64,000 nt of DNA from Acidobacteriota bacterium (GTDB taxonomy: Bacteria; Acidobacteriota; UBA6911). The DNA lies in contig DATJPG010000072.1 of the NCBI GenBank assembly GCA_035506515.1, positions 2,353-66,352 on the forward strand. Reading direction: 5' to 3'. Shown one piece after another: positions 38,210-48,748 of the stretch. Made by a program: the position numbers and the translations under genes. Position 1 is the stretch's first letter. Each line of letters opens with the position of its first letter. The notes under the pieces are model-generated. The model saw only the letters and a list, made by a program, of their open reading frames with translations. It was not told where the DNA came from and made no database searches.

Positions 38210-39388
38210 CTACTTTAGCGTGATGGATATACCGCCTGTAGAAACTTTCATATCCATTGCCAGAGCGCTCTTCGAAAGATCCGGAACCTTCACGGTCGTC
38301 ACCATTTTGAAGATGCTCATGTTCAGCCTGTATTCTCCGGGAGGCACCGGCTGCGTGAACTTGCAGTTGCCCCTGTTGCCATCCGTCAGGATAGGCGTGG
38401 ATTGGTATTTCCCTTGAGGACTATCGAGCACCAGCACAAATCCATCCAGGCGATCCATGCTGAACGCGCCGCTGATTTTCTGGATGCTGACGCTAATGGC
38501 TTTCGGAGCCTTTTTGAGTCGTTCCTCTTCAACATCCTTTTCGCGCTGCCCCTGAGCTTCTTTTCGAACGTTGCCGAACCACGTCTCTTCGTATTTTTTA
38601 AATTCGCCGGCCGCTTGCAGACGGGCGATGGTGGCATTGATCTTTGCCAGAAGCTCCGGTTCGCTGCTGCGCACAACCACGGCATACTTGAATTTGTTGA
38701 TCAGAATCGGCAGGGTGGTCGTGTTGGAGTAGCTCTTATAGCTGCTGTAGGTGATGAATGGCTCATCGCCGACCACCGCGCCGATTTCCGCACGGTTCAA
38801 AGCCCCCAGCGCGTCGTCCATGGTGGGATATTTCTTGATCGTAACATTCTTCGCCGTTTTTTGTTGAGCCATAAAGGTGTCGCCCGGACGTCCCGTGGCA
38901 ACGCCGACCTTTTTCCCCGAGAGGCTGGCGAGATCTTTTATATCAAATGTGCTGCGCTGAAGGGCGATGGCATCGCCGCTTTGGTAATAGGGGGTCGAGA
39001 AGGAGAAATCCTTTGATTTCGCCGGATCCTCTGCAATCGCCGATATGATCATTTCGGCTTCCCCGCCCTTCAGCAATTCAAACAAATGATCGTAGCCGGT
39101 CGCCTTGACCCATTTCGGTTCGATGCCGAGATCCTTGGCAATTTCATTCCCGAGATCCACATCGTATCCCTGAACGCCCGTTCCCGATCCGAATTCGAAC
39201 GGAGCGTTTACAGCATCGGTCACAATACGCACAACCTTGTTTTTTTCCATGCTTTCAGCGGCGGTCTTGATTTCCTTTTTCTTCTCGCCGCATCCGGCCA
39301 ATGTCAGTAATACGCCGACCATCAACAGAAAATATTTTGCAGCTCTCAAATCGAACCTCCTTGGAGGAAAACATGAACTTAAATACAT
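38210..39388 (-). CDS. Amino-acid-type ABC substrate-binding lipoprotein (SBP family 3) with an extra C-terminal domain
   Basis: Lipobox LAGC, NAPFEF...GYDVDL, FSTPYY, KKVGV..G; start uncertain. Confidence 0.82.
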   Translation of the reverse strand: MYLSSCFPPRRFDLRAAKYFLLMVGVLLTLAGCGEKKKEIKTAAESMEKNKVVRIVTDAVNAPFEFGSGTGVQGYDVDLGNEIAKDLGIEPKWVKATGYDHLFELLKGGEAEMIISAIAEDPAKSKDFSFSTPYYQSGDAIALQRSTFDIKDLASLSGKKVGVATGRPGDTFMAQQKTAKNVTIKKYPTMDDALGALNRAEIGAVVGDEPFITYSSYKSYSNTTTLPILINKFKYAVVVRSSEPELLAKINATIARLQAAGEFKKYEETWFGNVRKEAQGQREKDVEEERLKKAPKAISVSIQKISGAFSMDRLDGFVLVLDSPQGKYQSTPILTDGNRGNCKFTQPVPPGEYRLNMSIFKMVTTVKVPDLSKSALAMDMKVSTGGISITLK

Positions 39389-39482
39389 ATATATCAGAGC
39401 ATTGTGTATTTTAGCCAAATTACAACCGCCGCCAAAGCTTTTTTCCATTTTCCCGGTCATTCGCCGAGCCGGCGGCGTTCCG

Positions 39483-40670
39483 TTACAAGTGGCGCTCTTT
39501 ATATGTGCAAAGCATGCTGACGGCAGCCAGTACCCCAGATGCGGCACTGAGCATGCAAACTGCCCTGTATCCGGATGCTTCAAAGAGAATTCCCGAGAGC
39601 ATGGTTGCCACGCCGATACCAAGCTGCGAAAACGAGTTCTTCAGGGCAACAAAGGTCCCCCGGGAGGCCGAACCCACGATTTCGGTAAGCACGGCTTCCA
39701 TGGGGCCCTGCCTGAAAGCGGCCGAGAGGCTGATGGCACCGAGCACGACGAACAGCGAAGCGCCCCATGACAATCGGGGCAGGATAATAAGAAACACGGC
39801 CAGTGAAAGGCTGCTCAAAAGGAACTGCAGGCGTTTGCCAATCCTGTCCGCGATGGACCCCGCCAGGGGTGAAGCCAGAACGGCAGCGGAGCCCGCCGCT
39901 ATAAATACAAGGCTGATTTTACTGATCGAAATTCCATACGCATCGTGAAGCCACAATACCAGGTATGCCAGGAATCCCATCATGCTGGCAGAAGCGAAGA
40001 AGGAACAAAACAGACCGGCGAGAGAGCTTTGCGACCGCAAAAAAACGGCATATTGCCGGATATATTCCAGTATCGGCTTGCGCACGATTTCCCCGTCCTT
40101 CCTTCGGCCCGCGGGGATCAGGTAGCAGCTTAGAATCAACAGACAAAGCGATCCGGTGCCGATCACGCCAAAAACCATCCTCCAACCGAAGGCATCCCCC
40201 AGCCAGGCGCCGAGAGGCACGCCCAATATTAATGCGGCGAAATAGGAAGACATGATAGAGCCCATGGCCCATCCGCGATTTTCGTAGGGGAAAAAGTCTG
40301 CGGCGTAAGCAATCGCATTGAGGCTGAGCATGCTTGCGCCCATGCCGGCGACGATCCGGCCCGCAAGAAGAATCGAAAATCCTTTGGAAGTAAAAGCGAC
40401 AAATGAACCGGCGGCAAACACCATCAATCCGCAGATTAACCCCTGCTTGCGGCCAAAAGCATCCGAGAGCGGTCCCCAGATGAGAACCGACAGCCCCGCA
40501 CAAAACGAGTAGCCCATAAAAAGATAGCCCATGTCGGAGGGTGATTTCGCAAACTGATCGCGGATGGCAGGAAGGAGAGGGCTGAGGATCTGGTTGTCGG
40601 CAACGCCCAGAAAAAGCACCAGAAAGAGGCAGGCGACGACTCGTATTTCTTCCCTGGATCTTGATTGCAT
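39483..40670 (-). CDS. MFS transporter
   Basis: About 12 TM helices; GPLSDAFGRK and GSIADRIGKR loop motifs. Confidence 0.9.
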   Translation of the reverse strand: MQSRSREEIRVVACLFLVLFLGVADNQILSPLLPAIRDQFAKSPSDMGYLFMGYSFCAGLSVLIWGPLSDAFGRKQGLICGLMVFAAGSFVAFTSKGFSILLAGRIVAGMGASMLSLNAIAYAADFFPYENRGWAMGSIMSSYFAALILGVPLGAWLGDAFGWRMVFGVIGTGSLCLLILSCYLIPAGRRKDGEIVRKPILEYIRQYAVFLRSQSSLAGLFCSFFASASMMGFLAYLVLWLHDAYGISISKISLVFIAAGSAAVLASPLAGSIADRIGKRLQFLLSSLSLAVFLIILPRLSWGASLFVVLGAISLSAAFRQGPMEAVLTEIVGSASRGTFVALKNSFSQLGIGVATMLSGILFEASGYRAVCMLSAASGVLAAVSMLCTYKERHL

Positions 40671-40677
40671 CCGAGCG

Positions 40678-41037
40678 TTACTCGAAGTGCTTGATTTGAA
40701 GATGCTCCGCCGCGATATCGGTCTGATCAACAACGGATGCGGCGGCTACCCCCATGGCAATGGCAATCGCTTCGCTGATTTCCTCGGGCGTCGCACCGAA
40801 TTTTTTGGCTTTTTTGAGATGCCCGTTCAGACAACCCTGGCACTTGAATCCCAGGGAAGCTGCAATCGCGATAAGCTCCTTGGTTTTTCGATCAATCTTT
40901 GATTTTTTATATGTCTCCTGGTAGAAGTCGAAGTAAATCTTCTTCATTCGTTCTTCCACCATAGTATAGGACGGCCACCCGGCCTGGGGCTCCGGTGTTA
41001 CCGTGCTTTCGCTTGGGGCATCGTGTTCATCTTTCAT
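40678..41037 (-). CDS. Carboxymuconolactone decarboxylase / AhpD-like protein
   Basis: IDRKTKELIAIA...KCQGCL..H...GATPEEI.EAI. Confidence 0.87.
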   Translation of the reverse strand: MKDEHDAPSESTVTPEPQAGWPSYTMVEERMKKIYFDFYQETYKKSKIDRKTKELIAIAASLGFKCQGCLNGHLKKAKKFGATPEEISEAIAIAMGVAAASVVDQTDIAAEHLQIKHFE

Positions 41038-41142
41038 ATCACAGCACTCCTTTGGGGATCGCGTCCCGCGCAAAAACAGCGCGATACTATCACTCATTCA
41101 TACGATTCACAATTGGCGTTTGTTTTGAACTGCTTTGCGGCG

Positions 41143-41610
41143 TCAGGAGAGAGCTCTTTCCATGATCCATGCATCCTCGATGGGATCCGTGTAGTAGTTG
41201 AGCCTTGTTCCGGCAATCCGAAAATTGTGGCTGTAGTAAAACTGAATCGCGCTCTGATTGGACTTGCGGACTTCCAGAAAGCAGCGGCTGCAGCCGCGGC
41301 GAATTCCTTCGGCGTACGCATGCTCCATCAGATGGCTGCCGATTCCCCTTCGCTGGCAGTCCGGCATGACTCCAATCTTCAGGATTTCCAGATTTTCGTA
41401 GATAGACCGCGCCAAAAAAAATCCCGCGAATGTCTCTTTCCCCAAATCCGTGATCATGACGGCCTTGCAGCCGAAGTACTCCTGCAACTCTCCGAGAAAC
41501 CGCTGATAATTCTCAACGCCCCAGAAAGACAGCTGTACCTTCTCCTCCAATGGTTGGAGTAACGCGGCATCCTCCGCCGTAAGTCGTGCGAGATAGCAGT
41601 TAGAATCCAT
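41143..41610 (-). CDS. rimI: Ribosomal protein S18 N-acetyltransferase (GNAT)
   Basis: QRRGIGS, FLEVRKSNQSAI.FY...R.NYY; directly after tsaB. Confidence 0.88.
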   Translation of the reverse strand: MDSNCYLARLTAEDAALLQPLEEKVQLSFWGVENYQRFLGELQEYFGCKAVMITDLGKETFAGFFLARSIYENLEILKIGVMPDCQRRGIGSHLMEHAYAEGIRRGCSRCFLEVRKSNQSAIQFYYSHNFRIAGTRLNYYTDPIEDAWIMERALS

Positions 41611-41617
41611 AAGAACG

Positions 41618-42343
41618 TCACTGAGTCTTTTTTTTGAGAGCATCCGGAGGCCTGATATACATGGGTTCGGCGGCGATGGATTCGCCGGACCGCCATTTTC
41701 GCCTGGAAATAAACGCCAGTTTTCCGATTTCCACAGCCAGGAACAGGTCCACGGCAACCTGACGCGGCCACATCAAAGACGTCGCGGGCGATCCCACCGA
41801 TTCGCAAATATCCGGATCCCCTACTAAATATAAATGCCTGCCCCGGAGATGATGTTCAAGAGAAGAAATGTCCAGAAGCACCGGTTTCTGTGTCTGCCGA
41901 ATTCGCCCGTTTTTCGCCTCATATTCCCCATAGAACGCCTGGGACCGGTGTGCGTCCATAACGGCACCGATGCGGCCGTCCAAATGGCAAACCTTGTGCG
42001 CCAGGGCATCCAATCCGGAGATTTCCACGAACGGGATGCTAAGCGAGTGTGCAATTCCCAAAGCGGTGGCGATGCCGATTCGAATGCCGGTGAACGAGCC
42101 GGGACCGTTTCCAACAGACACGAGGTTCACATCACCGAGATTCCACCCGATTCGACCGAGCAGGAAATCGACCGAATTCAGGAGTTGCCTCGAATGCGTC
42201 TGAACGGACTGCAGGCGGAATTCGGCCTGCATTTTACTGCCTTCCAGCAAAGCGACACTGCCGCGCACGGTTGAGGTGTCGAAAGCAAGAATTCTGGGAG
42301 CAAAACTTAATGGCATCATCATTGACAATAGCAGGAAACGCAT
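41618..42343 (-). CDS. tsaB: tRNA t6A biosynthesis protein TsaB
   Basis: ILAFDTS, HSRQL, GPGSFTGIRIG, DAHR, P.YIR; start uncertain. Confidence 0.92.
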   Translation of the reverse strand: MRFLLLSMMMPLSFAPRILAFDTSTVRGSVALLEGSKMQAEFRLQSVQTHSRQLLNSVDFLLGRIGWNLGDVNLVSVGNGPGSFTGIRIGIATALGIAHSLSIPFVEISGLDALAHKVCHLDGRIGAVMDAHRSQAFYGEYEAKNGRIRQTQKPVLLDISSLEHHLRGRHLYLVGDPDICESVGSPATSLMWPRQVAVDLFLAVEIGKLAFISRRKWRSGESIAAEPMYIRPPDALKKKTQ

Positions 42344-42522
42344 TATATATTGCAGCTTCTTTATATACAAGGACTTATGCCCGGGCGCCACCTGGGAAGA
42401 AGTGATCGGTGGGTTCCGGTTTCAACCGTTTGACGTTGGATCATCTCCCTCGAATTTGATCTGGTCGCAAAGGCTGCTTGCAATAGCCCTCGGCATGTGC
42501 ACGAAGAAGTAGAAAGAGCGCG

Positions 42523-45024
42523 ATGGAAGATCTCACCCCAATGATGAAGCAGTACCACGAAGTCAAGCGCCGCTTTCCCGGCAAGCTCGTGTTCTTTCGA
42601 TTGGGTGATTTTTACGAGATGTTTTATGAAGATGCCGTCCTTGCTTCCCGGGAGCTCGAGATCACTCTCACTTCGCGACACAAAGACAAAACCGGCGTCC
42701 CAATTCCCATGTGCGGTGTCCCCTACCACTCGGTGGACGGCTATATCGCCCGCCTCATGAAGAAGGGATTCAAAATTGCCATCTGCGAGCAGGTCGAGGA
42801 TCCACGCACGACAAAAAACCTGGTACGCCGCGAAGTCACCAGGATTCTGACCCCGGGCACTGTCGTCGAAGAAATGCTGCTCGAGCCGAAGGATCACAAT
42901 TATCTCGGCTGCCTTTGTTTCACGGATCAGGGCACCGGCCTGGCCTTCATGGATCTTTCGACAGCGGATTTCATGGCTACACAGTTCCTCGGGGAGAACT
43001 CCTGGCAAAAAACCGTCGACGAATTGACGCGGTTCTCTCCCAGAGAGATCGTGCTTCAGGAGGAATCCTGCTCGGCCTGGCGCCCTAAAATCGTGCAGGA
43101 TTGGTCGGAAGAATGGGTCGCAAGTCCCGTGGATGACTGGGCCTTCAATATCGACTATGCCCAGCGGATGCTTCTAGATCACTTTGGCCTGGCGAGCCTC
43201 GACGGCCTTGGGGCTACGAGTCAGTCCCTTTCCGTCTGCGCTGCCGGCGCGCTTATCCACTATTTACGCGATTCTCAGCTCACCTCGCTCGGCAAAGTGG
43301 CAACGCTGCGCTTTTTTGAGCCATCCGACTTCATGAAGCTGGACGCGTCCACGATTGCCAACCTCGAGCTTGTGCGCACGCTGGATGGCTCTCCGAAAGG
43401 ATCGTTGCTTTCTTTTCTCGACCAGACACGAACCGGCATGGGGGCGCGCCTGTTGAAATCCTGGCTCCTGCTCCCGCTATTAGATCTTCAGGAACTCGAA
43501 AAGCGTCAGAGCGCAGTCCATACTCTTACTATGAACGTGCAGACGCACGGTCGCCTTGGCTCGAGGCTGGCAGAAATACACGACCTGGAGCGGCTGATCA
43601 GCCGCGTCACGGTAGCGGTTGCCGGGCCGCGCGAACTTCTCGCCCTGCGCGACTCCCTGCGCGTCGTTCCGGCCATCCGGCTTCTCCTGCAAGAGCTTCC
43701 AGCTGCCCGCATCTCTGAAATCCGCGGGCAGCTGGATGACCTCGAGGATGTCGTGGGTTTGATCGAGACGTCTATCGCGGACGATCCCCCGGCCTCGGCC
43801 GGTGATCCCGGAATCATCCGTCCGGGCTATTCGCCGGAACTGGATGAATTGCGCGCCATCCGGCATAGCGGGAAAGGATTCATTGCCTCCCTGGAGGCTC
43901 GCGAGCGCCAGAAAACGGGCATTTCCTCGCTGAAGGTCAAATTCAACCAGGTGTTCGGATATTTTATCGAGGTTACGAATTCGAACTTGCATCTCGTTCC
44001 CGCGAATTATGTCCGCAAGCAGACCCTGGTGAACTGCGAGCGCTTCGTTACGGAAGAACTGCAGCAATACGAAGAGAAGGTGCTTGGGGCGGAAGAACGC
44101 ATTGCGGTGATGGAAAAAGAACTGTACGCACAAATCCGCAAGGCAGTCGGAGCTCAGGGACTGCGCGTGCAGACGACAGCCCGGCTTCTGGGAGAGTTGG
44201 ACGCATTTGTGTCGCTGGCCGAGGTCGCCGCCAAAAATAACTATGTTCGTCCCGTTCTTACCGACAGCGATGAAATCTATATCCGGCAAGGAAGGCATCC
44301 GGTCGTCGAATTACAGAGCCAGCCGTTTATTCCCAATGACCTGTTTTTGAACAATACGACCGACCAGCTCACGATTCTGACGGGTCCGAATATGGGCGGC
44401 AAATCCACATATTTGAGGCAGACCGCGCTGATTGTCATTCTGGCGCAGATGGGCTCGTTTGTGCCCGCGAAGGAAGCCCGCCTCGGATGCGTCGACCGCA
44501 TCTATACCAGGGTAGGCGCCTCCGATAATCTGGCCCGCGGAAGATCGACTTTTATGGTCGAGATGATTGAAACGGCCAACATTCTGAACACGGCTACGGA
44601 CCGGAGCCTGATCCTGCTGGATGAAGTGGGCCGCGGCACGGCCACGTTTGACGGCCTTTCCCTGGCCTGGGCGATTGCCGAATACCTGGTGCAAAACCCT
44701 TTCCCGCACGCAAAGACCCTTTTCGCCACGCACTATCACGAATTGACCAAAATGGCCAAGCTGCATGCGGGGGTCAAAAACTACTGTATGGCGATCCAGG
44801 AGGCAGGCAAGGAAATCATATTTTTGCGTAAGGTAACGCCGGGCGTCGCCGACAAAAGCTATGGGATCGAGGTGGCCCGGCTGGCGGGAATGCCACGAGA
44901 AGTGCTGCAGAGGGCTAATGAAATATTGGAGCGATTGGAACGGAAAGAGATAGATCTCACAGGCCACGCGCGCAGACGATCGACGGACGAAGTTCTCGAA
45001 GAAATGCAAAAATCGCTTTTTTAG
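42523..45024 (+). CDS. mutS: DNA mismatch repair protein MutS
   Basis: TPMMKQY, GDFYEMF, TGPNMGGKST, STFMVEM, DEVGRGT, SYGIEVARLAG. Confidence 0.97.
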   Translation: MEDLTPMMKQYHEVKRRFPGKLVFFRLGDFYEMFYEDAVLASRELEITLTSRHKDKTGVPIPMCGVPYHSVDGYIARLMKKGFKIAICEQVEDPRTTKNLVRREVTRILTPGTVVEEMLLEPKDHNYLGCLCFTDQGTGLAFMDLSTADFMATQFLGENSWQKTVDELTRFSPREIVLQEESCSAWRPKIVQDWSEEWVASPVDDWAFNIDYAQRMLLDHFGLASLDGLGATSQSLSVCAAGALIHYLRDSQLTSLGKVATLRFFEPSDFMKLDASTIANLELVRTLDGSPKGSLLSFLDQTRTGMGARLLKSWLLLPLLDLQELEKRQSAVHTLTMNVQTHGRLGSRLAEIHDLERLISRVTVAVAGPRELLALRDSLRVVPAIRLLLQELPAARISEIRGQLDDLEDVVGLIETSIADDPPASAGDPGIIRPGYSPELDELRAIRHSGKGFIASLEARERQKTGISSLKVKFNQVFGYFIEVTNSNLHLVPANYVRKQTLVNCERFVTEELQQYEEKVLGAEERIAVMEKELYAQIRKAVGAQGLRVQTTARLLGELDAFVSLAEVAAKNNYVRPVLTDSDEIYIRQGRHPVVELQSQPFIPNDLFLNNTTDQLTILTGPNMGGKSTYLRQTALIVILAQMGSFVPAKEARLGCVDRIYTRVGASDNLARGRSTFMVEMIETANILNTATDRSLILLDEVGRGTATFDGLSLAWAIAEYLVQNPFPHAKTLFATHYHELTKMAKLHAGVKNYCMAIQEAGKEIIFLRKVTPGVADKSYGIEVARLAGMPREVLQRANEILERLERKEIDLTGHARRRSTDEVLEEMQKSLF

Positions 45025-45053
45025 CGCAATCGCCGGCGCATTCGGGATTTTAC

Positions 45054-46769
45054 ATGCGACTTCAGATTCCATGGATGCACGCCTTTCTCCTCCTGGCGAT
45101 TTCACTGCCGTACTTCGTCAATCTCGGCACGTCTTCCCTCTGGGATGCCAGTGAGGCGTTTTACGCGGAGACACCCCGGGAGATGCTGGCTTCAGGCGAC
45201 TACGTGGCGCCTCATTTTAATTTCGCGCCGCGCGTGCAGAAACCGCCGCTCGCCTATTGGATCATCGCCCTGTCCTATCAGCTGTTCGGCATCGGCGAAT
45301 TTGCCGTCCGCCTCCCGGGAGCGCTGGCCGGAATCGGGGTCATTCTTTTTACTTACGGCATCGCCCGGCTGCTGTATAGTCCGCGCGCCGCTTTGATGGC
45401 TGCGGCGATGACTGCTACCACGGCCCGCATTTTTATTCTGGCGCGACGACTTCCGATCGACATCTTCCTCCTGTTTTTTCTGATCGGAACGCTGTTCTTC
45501 CTGGTCCATGCGATTCGCCTGCAAAAAACACACTGGTGGATCGCGGCGTACTTCTTCGCGGCGCTCGGGTTTTTAACGAAAGGGCCTGTCGCGGTGATTA
45601 TTCCCGCGGTCGCTGTGATTGCCTGGGCATTCATCGGACGCAGGCTAAAGGCTGCCGATTTCCGTTTTTTGCCGGGAGCGGCCGTGTTCGCCGCGGTAGT
45701 GCTTCCGTGGTATCTGCTTGTCTATTACAGGCACGGTTGGACCTATATCGCTCCTTTCTTTCTCAGAGACAACCTGGGGCGTTTTGCATCGGAGGATTTC
45801 GGGCCTTCCCGCGGCTTGCTTTATTATTTCGGCGTCGGCATTTCCGATTTCTTCCCATGGTCCATTCTCGCCCTATGTGCATGCGGCGTTCTCTGGCGCT
45901 GCAGGAAAACCGAGCACCCGTTCAGGAGCCTGGAATACGGATTGCCTATCCTCTGGTGCGCTTTTACTTTTCTGCTTTTTTCTCTCTCGAAAAACAAACA
46001 GGAATACTATATCGCTCCGATCTATCCGGTTGCAGCCGTCCTGATGGCAGGTGTTCTGGATAAGATGATTGAAAGGCAGACCGCCAAATCCGGCACCGCG
46101 CCCCGTACTTTCCAGCAGGCGCCGCTGTCCTGGTGCTTCTGGGGCCTCGGCTTGCAGGCCCTGCTTCTTTCCGTATTCTCGCTTTCGACTTTTTATATCT
46201 TTCGATTTTTCATGCCTGAGATTGCCCCCTTATATCACAATATCGCGTCTCTGGTCCTTGTGGCAGGATGCGGCGCTTTTGTCTGGAGCATCGCGCGCAG
46301 ACGGCTTGCGCCTTCCCTGATAATCCTGACCGCGCTGCTCTGGATCATGTACTTGATGTGTGTGACGGTTTACTTGCCCGGTCTGGAGCGGTATCGGCCC
46401 GTTAAAGGATTGTGCCGACTGATCGAAGCGCAGCGGGACGCAGACGCAGAAGCGGGATATTTTCGTACGGCAGTGCCGAGTATGGCATTTTACCTGCGCC
46501 GCCCGATTTTCGAGGAAAGCAATGCGATCGAAATGCGCCGCAGGCTTCGCTCCGGAAAGCGCGTATTCTGCATCTTGTCGCGGAAATCCTATGATAGTCT
46601 TATTTCGGATAGTCCAGATGGAATCTATATCCTCGCGCGTCAACCACGGTTTTCGATGCGCATGGATGCATTTTTGAATACGCGGTATGCACAGGAAGAA
46701 GAGCTTCTCTTAATATCGAACCGGCCGGCCGAACTCATCGGATCTGCCGGAGATCGTGCGACTTCATGA
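45054..46769 (+). CDS. ArnT/PMT-like (GT-C fold) integral membrane glycosyltransferase
   Basis: LWDASEAFYAE..REM, QKPPLAYW, LTKGP, many TM helices, YIAPIYP. Confidence 0.85.
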   Translation: MRLQIPWMHAFLLLAISLPYFVNLGTSSLWDASEAFYAETPREMLASGDYVAPHFNFAPRVQKPPLAYWIIALSYQLFGIGEFAVRLPGALAGIGVILFTYGIARLLYSPRAALMAAAMTATTARIFILARRLPIDIFLLFFLIGTLFFLVHAIRLQKTHWWIAAYFFAALGFLTKGPVAVIIPAVAVIAWAFIGRRLKAADFRFLPGAAVFAAVVLPWYLLVYYRHGWTYIAPFFLRDNLGRFASEDFGPSRGLLYYFGVGISDFFPWSILALCACGVLWRCRKTEHPFRSLEYGLPILWCAFTFLLFSLSKNKQEYYIAPIYPVAAVLMAGVLDKMIERQTAKSGTAPRTFQQAPLSWCFWGLGLQALLLSVFSLSTFYIFRFFMPEIAPLYHNIASLVLVAGCGAFVWSIARRRLAPSLIILTALLWIMYLMCVTVYLPGLERYRPVKGLCRLIEAQRDADAEAGYFRTAVPSMAFYLRRPIFEESNAIEMRRRLRSGKRVFCILSRKSYDSLISDSPDGIYILARQPRFSMRMDAFLNTRYAQEEELLLISNRPAELIGSAGDRATS

Positions 46770-47746
46770 AAGCCAAATTATTCGCCTTTGCCAAGATAGC
46801 CATCACTGCCCTTTTGTTCTTATATGTTTTTAGGGGCATTGACTACCATCAATTCGGCGCCACCTTGAAAAACGCCCGGATGGACATATTGATTTACGGT
46901 TTCCTGGTGCTTTGGATAGGGCATTTTGTCTGTATTTATCGATGGCGGATGCTGATGCGGCCGCTCATGCCGGTTCTCTCCATCGCACGGCTGCTGGGCA
47001 TCTATTGCATCGGGCTTTTTTTCAACCTGACCTTTCCCACGGTCATTGGCGGGGACGTGGTCAAGATGTATTACGCCGGCCGGCCATTCAAAGCGTATGC
47101 CCAAAGTTTCGCGGCCACCTTTCTCGACCGGGACGCCGGAATGTTGGCGATGTTGATTATTGCCTGCATCGCTATTTTGGTGCACCCGGTTGCCGTTCCC
47201 GGTATCCCGGTGTCCCTGATCATCTGGGGCGTGCTTGCCCTTTTTGTGGCGGGAAATATTGCCATCTTTGCTCCCTATTTTCACCGCAAACTGATCCATC
47301 TCCTGCATCGCTTGCACATGGCCAAAATCGCGGCCAAGATCGACCTGATTTCCGGTGCCTTTCAGGTCATGGGAAAGCACCGTATTCTTCTCCTGGCGGC
47401 ATTTCTGATATCTTTCGTGAACCAGCTGCTGGTCATTGCGGTCACATGGGTCATGGCGCTTGGGCTTCGAATCCAGTTGTCCCTGGTCTGGTTTCTGATT
47501 TTCGTCCCGGTCATCACGCTGATCTCGATGATTCCGATCAGTTTGAACGGAATGGGTTTGAGGGAGTATTCCTTTATGAGCCTATTCGGTGCGATCGGCA
47601 TTGCGCCCGAATCCTGCATTGCCCTGGGGCTGATTTCCTCTCTTGTCATCATTCTCTCTTCCCTTCCCGGCGGGATTGTGTACATTTTTTTGCGCAACAG
47701 CAATGATCTGCAGCAGCTCGCTGCCATCGAGACCGAACTCTCATGA
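46766..47746 (+). CDS. UPF0104 / lysylphosphatidylglycerol-synthase TM-like flippase
   Basis: RWRML, IGGDVVK, LDRDAG, PISLNGMGLRE. Confidence 0.82.
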   Translation: MKAKLFAFAKIAITALLFLYVFRGIDYHQFGATLKNARMDILIYGFLVLWIGHFVCIYRWRMLMRPLMPVLSIARLLGIYCIGLFFNLTFPTVIGGDVVKMYYAGRPFKAYAQSFAATFLDRDAGMLAMLIIACIAILVHPVAVPGIPVSLIIWGVLALFVAGNIAIFAPYFHRKLIHLLHRLHMAKIAAKIDLISGAFQVMGKHRILLLAAFLISFVNQLLVIAVTWVMALGLRIQLSLVWFLIFVPVITLISMIPISLNGMGLREYSFMSLFGAIGIAPESCIALGLISSLVIILSSLPGGIVYIFLRNSNDLQQLAAIETELS

Positions 47747-48738
47747 AAGAGAAAATATCCATCATTGCCCCGGTGTATAACGAGCGCGAGAACCTGGAAT
47801 TCTTCGTGAAATCGATCTGCCAGGCGCTCGATCCGACGGGCGAGGAGTACGAGGTGATTCTGATCGACGACGGCAGCACCGATGGCAGCGACGCGATATT
47901 GAGTGCTCTTCCCGGGCGCGATCCGAGAATCAAAGTGATTCAGTTTCGCAGAAACTTCGGACAAACGGCGGCCATGGCCGCCGGATTCGATTATGCGAGC
48001 GGCGACATTTTTGTGCCGATGGATGCGGACCTGCAAAATGATCCTCAGGATATCCCGCAGGTCCTGGCGAAACTTCGCGAGGGATACGATGTCGTCAGCT
48101 GCTGGAGGCAGAAGCGCAAAGACCCGTGGCTGACGCGACGATTCCCCTCCCAGCTGGCCAATACTCTCATTTCCTATATCAGCGGAGTGCACCTGCACGA
48201 CTATGGATGCACATTGAAAGGGTATCGCCGGGAGGTAGTCAAACACATACGGCTCTATGGTGAAATGCACCGCTTTATCCCGGTCTATGCCTCATGGGCA
48301 GGGGCAAAAGTCGCCGAAATTCCAGTGCGCCACCATGCCAGGCGTGCCGGATCCAGCAAATACGGTTTGGGCCGCACATTCAAGGTGATCCTCGATCTCA
48401 TTACGGTGAAAATGCTCGGGAGCTATTCCACCAAACCGATGTATTTCTTCGGCGGAGTCGGCCTCCTGGCATGCGCCGTTGGATTTATTTTCGGCTTATG
48501 GACCCTGTACGACAAATTCGTCGACGGCGTGAAGGCGCACAACAACCCATTCCTCCTGCTCGCCGTTTTTCTGTTCCTACTGGGAGTGCAGTTTGTCCTG
48601 ATGGGTCTCGTCGCTGAACTGGTGATACGCACGTATTTTGAATCACAGGGCAAAGTTCCCTACATCGTTCGTCAAATCCTTACAGCCGAGAAGAGCATCC
48701 CCGATTCGCCACCGTCGGCCGGCTCGATTCACAACTGA
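47743..48738 (+). CDS. GT2 polyprenol-phosphate glycosyltransferase (ArnC-like)
   Basis: PVYNE, DDGSTDG, RNFGQTAA, DADLQNDP, two C-terminal TM helices. Confidence 0.9.
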   Translation: MKEKISIIAPVYNERENLEFFVKSICQALDPTGEEYEVILIDDGSTDGSDAILSALPGRDPRIKVIQFRRNFGQTAAMAAGFDYASGDIFVPMDADLQNDPQDIPQVLAKLREGYDVVSCWRQKRKDPWLTRRFPSQLANTLISYISGVHLHDYGCTLKGYRREVVKHIRLYGEMHRFIPVYASWAGAKVAEIPVRHHARRAGSSKYGLGRTFKVILDLITVKMLGSYSTKPMYFFGGVGLLACAVGFIFGLWTLYDKFVDGVKAHNNPFLLLAVFLFLLGVQFVLMGLVAELVIRTYFESQGKVPYIVRQILTAEKSIPDSPPSAGSIHN

Positions 48739-48748
48739 GGGACCTCTC

